A stretch of 64,000 bases of DNA, from contig OZ240215.1 of NCBI GenBank assembly GCA_965197585.1, positions 32,001 to 96,000 on the forward strand. The letters run 5' to 3'. The DNA is from Dehalococcoidia bacterium. GTDB taxonomy: Bacteria; Chloroflexota; Dehalococcoidia; Plut-88900. Position numbers and translations under genes: made by a program. A model generated the notes under the pieces. It was not told the origin of the DNA, did no database searches, and saw only the letters and a list, made by a program, of their open reading frames with translations. Below are positions 59,062 through 64,000 of this stretch, piece by piece; the stretch's first letter is position 1, and every line of letters starts with the position of its first letter.

Positions 59062-60629
59062 TGACCCGAGCGCCAATGCTGGGACACGGGTCTTCTCAAA
59101 TGTCCATTCTCCCCCGACGCCTGACATTCACCCGACTTGGCATCCTCCTATTTTGTGTAACCGTCCTTGCTATGGTTTCATGGGCCTGCTCGTCGAGCCC
59201 TGAGATAGTTGATCCTACATCTACCGGCGCGCCGGTCCCCACTAACACCCTCGTCCCTCCATCGACTTCAGCTCCCTCCGACGCTCCTCCCACCGACACC
59301 CCTCCACCCGATTCTACGCCGGGCGCACCTCCAACGACCCGGGACTGGAATGTCCTCGGGTCGCCGGACGCCTCCGTGTCCATCGCCGATTTCGGCGACT
59401 TCCTCTGACCCGGTTGCAAGCATTGGGCCCGTGGTGCGGCCCTCGAAGTGAAGAAAGCCTACATCGAGACTGGGTTGGTGAACCTGAACTACTTCCATTT
59501 CCCTCATATCAACGATGATTCTTACTTGGCGGCCCACGCCACCGAGTGTGCGGGAGAACAGGGCTCTTTCTGGCAGTACCATGACACTCTTTACGAAAAA
59601 CAGGGCGAGGGCGGCAGAGGGGTGGAAAGACTCGAAGGGTTCGCCGAAGACCTTGGCCTCGACACGGGACGCTTCTCGGCTTGCATGGAAGCCAGAACCT
59701 ACGACGGCGTTATTCAAAGAGACATAAATCTGGCCCTGCGGAACGAAGTCTCGGTCACCCCCACCATCTTCGTCCTGTCCACCGACCCCAACCAAACTGG
59801 AACAAAATTCGACGGTTCGCCTTCCTTCGAAACCATTTCCGCAGTAATTGATGAGTTGCTGATGACGCAGCAACCGGCCCCTGCCCCAACACCCACCGTA
59901 ACCCTAGTCCCGACATCCACTTCCGCCCCTGCTCCCGTTGCAAGTTCCACGCCTGCTCCGACGCCTACGGCGGCATCTTTGGCGCCATCCCCAACACCAA
60001 TAGTCAGTCCCGTCCCTACACCTGCCCCGACTCCCTCTCCCACCCCCGTCCCAACTGCAGTCCCGACACCCTCTCCAACTCCCAATCCAACCGCCACGTC
60101 TGTGCCGGAACCCGTCGGCAGAGTATGGAATGTTCTAGGTTCCCTGGATGCGCCCGTCACATTGGAGGAATTCAGCGACTTTCAATGAGGCGTTTGCAGG
60201 AATTGGGCCCTTGGACCGGCCCAGGAGATAAAGCGACAATACATAGACCAAGGTCAGGTAAAGCTGGTGCTCCGCCACCGGACCACTTTCGGTCCCGCCT
60301 CGAGAATCATGTCCTTGGGAACGGAGTGCGCCGGTGAGCAAGATAAGTTTTGGGAGTTTCATGACGCCCGAATTCGAAGCGGCTCCGGGAGCGTCCAAGG
60401 CCAGATCAGCTTGGCACAGACTCTGGGTCTGAACGTGCCCCAATTTACCGCTTGCATGGAAGAGCAGAGGTACCAGAAATTCTTGGAAGAAGACCGAGCC
60501 GCCGCTCAAGCCAACGGCATCTTCACTCAGCCCGCCTTCATCATTAGTAGTGGTGGACAGTCAATCAAGCGGATTGGATCGCTGACCGCTGGACAGCTCG
60601 GGCCGATAATCGACGAATTGCTAAACTAG
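59061..60629 (+). CDS. Tandem two-domain DsbA-like lipoprotein, predicted two-Sec selenoprotein (UPGC TGA 59406-59408; UGVC TGA 60186-60188)
   Basis: ORFs 59061.., 59448.. and 60267.. share a frame; DFGDFL-U-PGCKHW and EFSDFQ-U-GVCRNW each lead into ECAGEQ..FW..HD and a cis-Pro loop; a Pro/Thr linker separates the domains. Start may be ATG 59076 or 59100. Confidence 0.85.
59425..59442 (+). promoter_or_regulatory. Putative bacterial SECIS element 2
   Basis: GGGCC-CGTGGTGC-GGCCC at the same spacing from its TGA. Confidence 0.65.
60204..60223 (+). promoter_or_regulatory. Putative bacterial SECIS element 3
   Basis: TGGGCC-CTTGGACC-GGCCCA at the same spacing from its TGA. Confidence 0.68.
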
Positions 60630-60634
60630 GCAGT

Positions 60635-61312
60635 CTAAGCCTGCCCGAGGCTCTCCCGAATTCTGGCAATTGACCCGGCCACCGTGTCCCGATCGTTAAA
60701 CACCGCCGACCCAGCCACAAGCACCCTCGCCCCGGCCTCCACAGCCTTCGACGCCGTCTCTGCATTGATGCCACCGTCCACCTCCAACTCCGCCCCCGAC
60801 CCCGCCTCATCCAGCATCTGCCGCACCTTTGCTATCTTGCTCGTCACGCTGTGAATGTACTTCTGCCCCCCGAAACCCGGATTCACCGTCATCACCAGTA
60901 CTAGGTCAACATCCCCTATCACTGGCTCGAGCGCGGAAGCAGGAGTCCCGGGGTTGAGCGATATCCCTGCTTTCACGCCCAGGTCCTTGATCTGATAGAT
61001 CACCCTGTGCAGATGGCGGCAAGCCTCCGGGTGGACGGTGAGTATGTTTGCGCCCGCCTTGGCGAAGTCGGGGATCAACCTATCCGGCTCTTCTATCATC
61101 AGGTGAACGTCCAGGGGCAGTTCGGTCCATGGCCGAATCCCCGATACGATGATCGGCCCGATCGTGAGATTGGGCACGAAGTGGCCGTCCATGATGTCGA
61201 CGTGAATGTAGTCGGCCCCCGACTCCGACGCCTCGGCAACCTGCTCGCCTAGGCGCCCAAAGTCTGCAGATAGAATAGAAGGTGAGATTTTTATCTCGGG
61301 GGAATCAGGCAT
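60635..61312 (-). CDS. rpe: Ribulose-phosphate 3-epimerase
   Basis: ISPSILSADF, HVDIMDGHFVPN, DVHLMI, MTVNPGFGGQ, EVDGGI. Confidence 0.97.
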   Translation of the reverse strand: MPDSPEIKISPSILSADFGRLGEQVAEASESGADYIHVDIMDGHFVPNLTIGPIIVSGIRPWTELPLDVHLMIEEPDRLIPDFAKAGANILTVHPEACRHLHRVIYQIKDLGVKAGISLNPGTPASALEPVIGDVDLVLVMTVNPGFGGQKYIHSVTSKIAKVRQMLDEAGSGAELEVDGGINAETASKAVEAGARVLVAGSAVFNDRDTVAGSIARIRESLGQA

Positions 61313-61313
61313 G

Positions 61314-62663
61314 TTAAGACCTCAGTGCCTCGCGGGCCTGCAATAGCGCTTCTTTCACCCTATCGGGTGCCGTGCCACCCTGGCTGGCCCGAGCCGCTAG
61401 GGACGATTCCACGGTAATTGCGAAGGCATCCTCATCGAATAGAGAAGAAAAGCGCCGGTATTCCTCCAGGCTCAGCTCGTTGAGGGCCGTGCTCTTCTCG
61501 GCGGCATAGATGACAAGAGATTTGGTAGCTCCGTGTGCCTCCCGGAAAGGCAGCCCCTTCGCCACGAGGTAGTCCGCGAGGTCCGTGGCTAGTATTCCTG
61601 AATAAACACCGGCCTCCGCAGCCCTCCGCGTCCTCTCTCGGTTGATGGTCATGGTCTCGACCATCCCCGCAAATGCATCCAGTGTCGAGTTCAGGGTGTC
61701 CACGGTGTCGAACAGGCCCTCCTTGTCCTCTTGCATGTCCTTATTGTAGGCGAGTGGCAGGGCCTTTAGGGTAGTGAGCAGGGCCATCAGGTTCCCGTAG
61801 ACCCGACCCGTCTTTCCCCGGCCTAGCTCGGCCACGTCCGGGTTTCGCTTCTGGGGCATTATGCTGCTTCCCGTCGTGTATTCGGGGGTGAGGGAGGCGA
61901 ACCCGAACTCCTCGGAGGTCCAGAGTATCATCTCCTCGGCCAGGCGGGAGAGGTGCATCATGACGATAGCCGCCGCTGCATGGAACTCCACGAGGAAGTC
62001 CCGGTCGGAGACGGCATCCATACTGTTTCGAGCCACGCCATCGAACCCCAGTTCCCTTGCCACGAACTCCCGGTCAATCGGGTAGGTGACGCCCGCCAGC
62101 GCCCCCGCCCCTAGGGGTAATACGTTCACGCGTCGGCGGCAGTCCTTGAATCGTGCAATGTCCCGCTGCGCCATCTCAAAGTAGGCGAGCAGGTGATGTG
62201 CGACAAGAACGGGCTGGGCGCGTTGCAGGTGCGTGTAGCCGGGCATGATCGCGTCGGCGTTGGCCTCGGCTTGCGAGAGAAGAGCGTTCTGAAACGAGCG
62301 AATCCCCGCTATGGCGTCGTCGATGGCTTCCCTCAGGAACAGACGTACATCCAGGGCTACTTGGTCGTTACGGGAACGGGCGGTGTGAAGCCTGCCTGCC
62401 GGTTCCCCGATGAGCTCGGCCAGCCGGGTCTCGACGTTCATGTGAATGTCTTCCAGCTCTTCCCGAAAGGGGAAGAGCCCTGACTCTATCTCGACCTGTA
62501 TCGCATCGAGGCCCTCACAAATAGCCTCGACTTCCGACTCAGGCACAATCCCCTGCCGCCCGAGCATCCGCGCATGCGCCTTTGACCCGGCGATATCGTG
62601 CTTATAAAGCCTCTGATCGAAGGCTATGGATGTGGTGTAGGGGTGGGGGATGGGAGAGGACAT
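61314..62663 (-). CDS. argH: Argininosuccinate lyase
   Basis: EDIHMNVE, HTARSRNDQ, MPGYTHLQRAQP, TGSSIMPQKRNPD. Confidence 0.97.
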   Translation of the reverse strand: MSSPIPHPYTTSIAFDQRLYKHDIAGSKAHARMLGRQGIVPESEVEAICEGLDAIQVEIESGLFPFREELEDIHMNVETRLAELIGEPAGRLHTARSRNDQVALDVRLFLREAIDDAIAGIRSFQNALLSQAEANADAIMPGYTHLQRAQPVLVAHHLLAYFEMAQRDIARFKDCRRRVNVLPLGAGALAGVTYPIDREFVARELGFDGVARNSMDAVSDRDFLVEFHAAAAIVMMHLSRLAEEMILWTSEEFGFASLTPEYTTGSSIMPQKRNPDVAELGRGKTGRVYGNLMALLTTLKALPLAYNKDMQEDKEGLFDTVDTLNSTLDAFAGMVETMTINRERTRRAAEAGVYSGILATDLADYLVAKGLPFREAHGATKSLVIYAAEKSTALNELSLEEYRRFSSLFDEDAFAITVESSLAARASQGGTAPDRVKEALLQAREALRS

Positions 62664-62793
62664 GCCTATCTGCAAAGGTTTGGAAGGTATGTCATTTTCG
62701 TTGTCATCCTACAAATTTTGGGTAGTTTATCCAGACTTTAGGGACTTATATATCTGTGAGCACAAGAAAAGTCTCTAGAGCACGAAAGAATGA

Positions 62794-63609
62794 TTACTCA
62801 CAAGGTGCTTCAGCTAGAAGGTCTAGTAACTGAACGGAAGTCATTTCTAAGTTAGTCAAACTCGGAGTCTCTGCTACAGTCTCAGAATCGAACTTCCTAT
62901 ACTCTCTCACATAGTCTTTCGCTTCGATTAGCTGGTCTGTCCATGAGCTTTTATTAGCACAGATAGCACCAGCTTCGATACCGACTATCTGGCCGTCAGC
63001 TAAAAACCCACCAAGTTCTTTGGCAATCCAATCTACGTGTTCCCAATATTCCCATTGCTGTATCCACATTTGATGCTCAATTTCATTTATCGCTGTAGCT
63101 GTTGGTCTAGGTCTTGCTGTAGCTGTAGCTCTTGTGCGTTGTACAGGTCTCGATGTAGCGGTAGCCATAATACGTTGTGTAGGCGTTGATGTTGAGGTTA
63201 CTGTTGGTCGTCGTGTAGGCTTTTCTTCATCATCCACAACAGCCACACAAACACTTACAACAATAAGCAACGGAATGCCGACTATGATGCCTCTTATAAT
63301 CCACTTACACCAATTATTCCCTTGAGGAACAGTAGGTATATTAGATTGTAGTTGTGGCCTGCCTACTTTTCCATATAACTGTGAGTATTGCTCACTTTCC
63401 GCAACTTGCTTTGTCTCACTTGATGAAAAGTCAGTAGGCTCCGATTTGTGCGTTGTCCTTTTACCCCCACCTTTCTTGCTTTCTGGCACAAACTCAAAAG
63501 GTCCTTTTTTGCATACAAGCTGGGGACTAGGTGTACGAGATGGATACCATGCGTGTCCACAATTCTTGCATCGAACGCGATCACTAGCCGAAGGCGGTGA
63601 GCTCATCAC
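62794..63609 (-). CDS. Hypothetical single-TM protein (N-terminal CxxC, Thr-rich linker), low GC
   Basis: CKNCGHAW, TM segment WIIRGIIVGIPLLIVVSVCVAVV, PTAT-like linker. Confidence 0.65.
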   Translation of the reverse strand: MMSSPPSASDRVRCKNCGHAWYPSRTPSPQLVCKKGPFEFVPESKKGGGKRTTHKSEPTDFSSSETKQVAESEQYSQLYGKVGRPQLQSNIPTVPQGNNWCKWIIRGIIVGIPLLIVVSVCVAVVDDEEKPTRRPTVTSTSTPTQRIMATATSRPVQRTRATATARPRPTATAINEIEHQMWIQQWEYWEHVDWIAKELGGFLADGQIVGIEAGAICANKSSWTDQLIEAKDYVREYRKFDSETVAETPSLTNLEMTSVQLLDLLAEAPCE

Positions 63610-63660
63610 TCCTTCAGATCCACATCGTTGGCACTTTAAGGTGTAAGACTCTTCAGGTAT

Positions 63661-64000
63661 TTAGCTGGGTGTTTCAAAACTCTTTCTTAGGTCGTGTCCA
63701 CATCCCGAGCAAAAGGCGGCCCCTTCAGCAACTTTGCGACCACAATGAGAGCAAAACACTATTGACTTATCGCGATAAACTTTCGAGGCCTGACTCTTTT
63801 TGGAATCTGGTAAAGCTCGGTCCCACTCCTGTCCACAACTACTGCATCGAATACGAGTAATGCCTAATCCGAGGAACCCGAACCCAATTTTGCCTTCATG
63901 TCCACAGCGCTTACATTTGTATGTAGCCGGTGGTGGACGCATTAGAGATGGACGCATTAATGGTATGTCCCGTCCACAATCAGAACAAAGTCCGGCCCCT
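63661..64000 (-). CDS. Zinc-ribbon protein (5' end outside the window)
   Basis: Frame stays open to the edge: GAGLCSDCGRD...CKRCGH...CSSCG...FCSHCG...FCSGCG. Confidence 0.7.
   Translation of the reverse strand, partial: GAGLCSDCGRDIPLMRPSLMRPPPATYKCKRCGHEGKIGFGFLGLGITRIRCSSCGQEWDRALPDSKKSQASKVYRDKSIVFCSHCGRKVAEGAAFCSGCGHDLRKSFETPS

Noticed and set aside
58303-60629. Genome-wide UGA reassignment (code 4 or 25), or three pseudogene stops
   Set aside because: Core genes have no internal TGA and several end at TGA (rpmB, rny, trpS). The internal TGAs I found are only at the catalytic Cys position and carry a hairpin.

Overview
GC-rich bacterial chromosome segment. Gene content and order (rny-YmdB-PHP-fabZ, argS-recG-degV-DAK2-rpmB, many Pro/Thr-rich lipoproteins, many catabolic paralogs) suggest Chloroflexota, Dehalococcoidia/SAR202-like; this assignment is an inference. 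The left third is amine/amide catabolism: GGT, amidohydrolase, Rieske oxygenase, amidase, a complete-looking N-methylglutamate operon (mgsABC-gmaS plus a heterotetrameric sarcosine-oxidase/NMG-dehydrogenase-like set with an M24 hydrolase inserted), and a DMFase beta subunit. The middle holds a small islet next to tRNA-Phe/tRNA-Leu (HicAB, PD-(D/E)xK protein, a degenerate tRNA-Leu copy, a candidate sRNA), followed by housekeeping genes. Main finding: right after rpmB, five short ORF fragments join into two DsbA/thioredoxin-fold lipoproteins. Their three active sites read TGA-x-x-Cys, and each TGA is followed at an identical distance by a conserved SECIS-like hairpin. This points to a one-Sec and a two-Sec (tandem-domain) selenoprotein that standard gene calling would miss.
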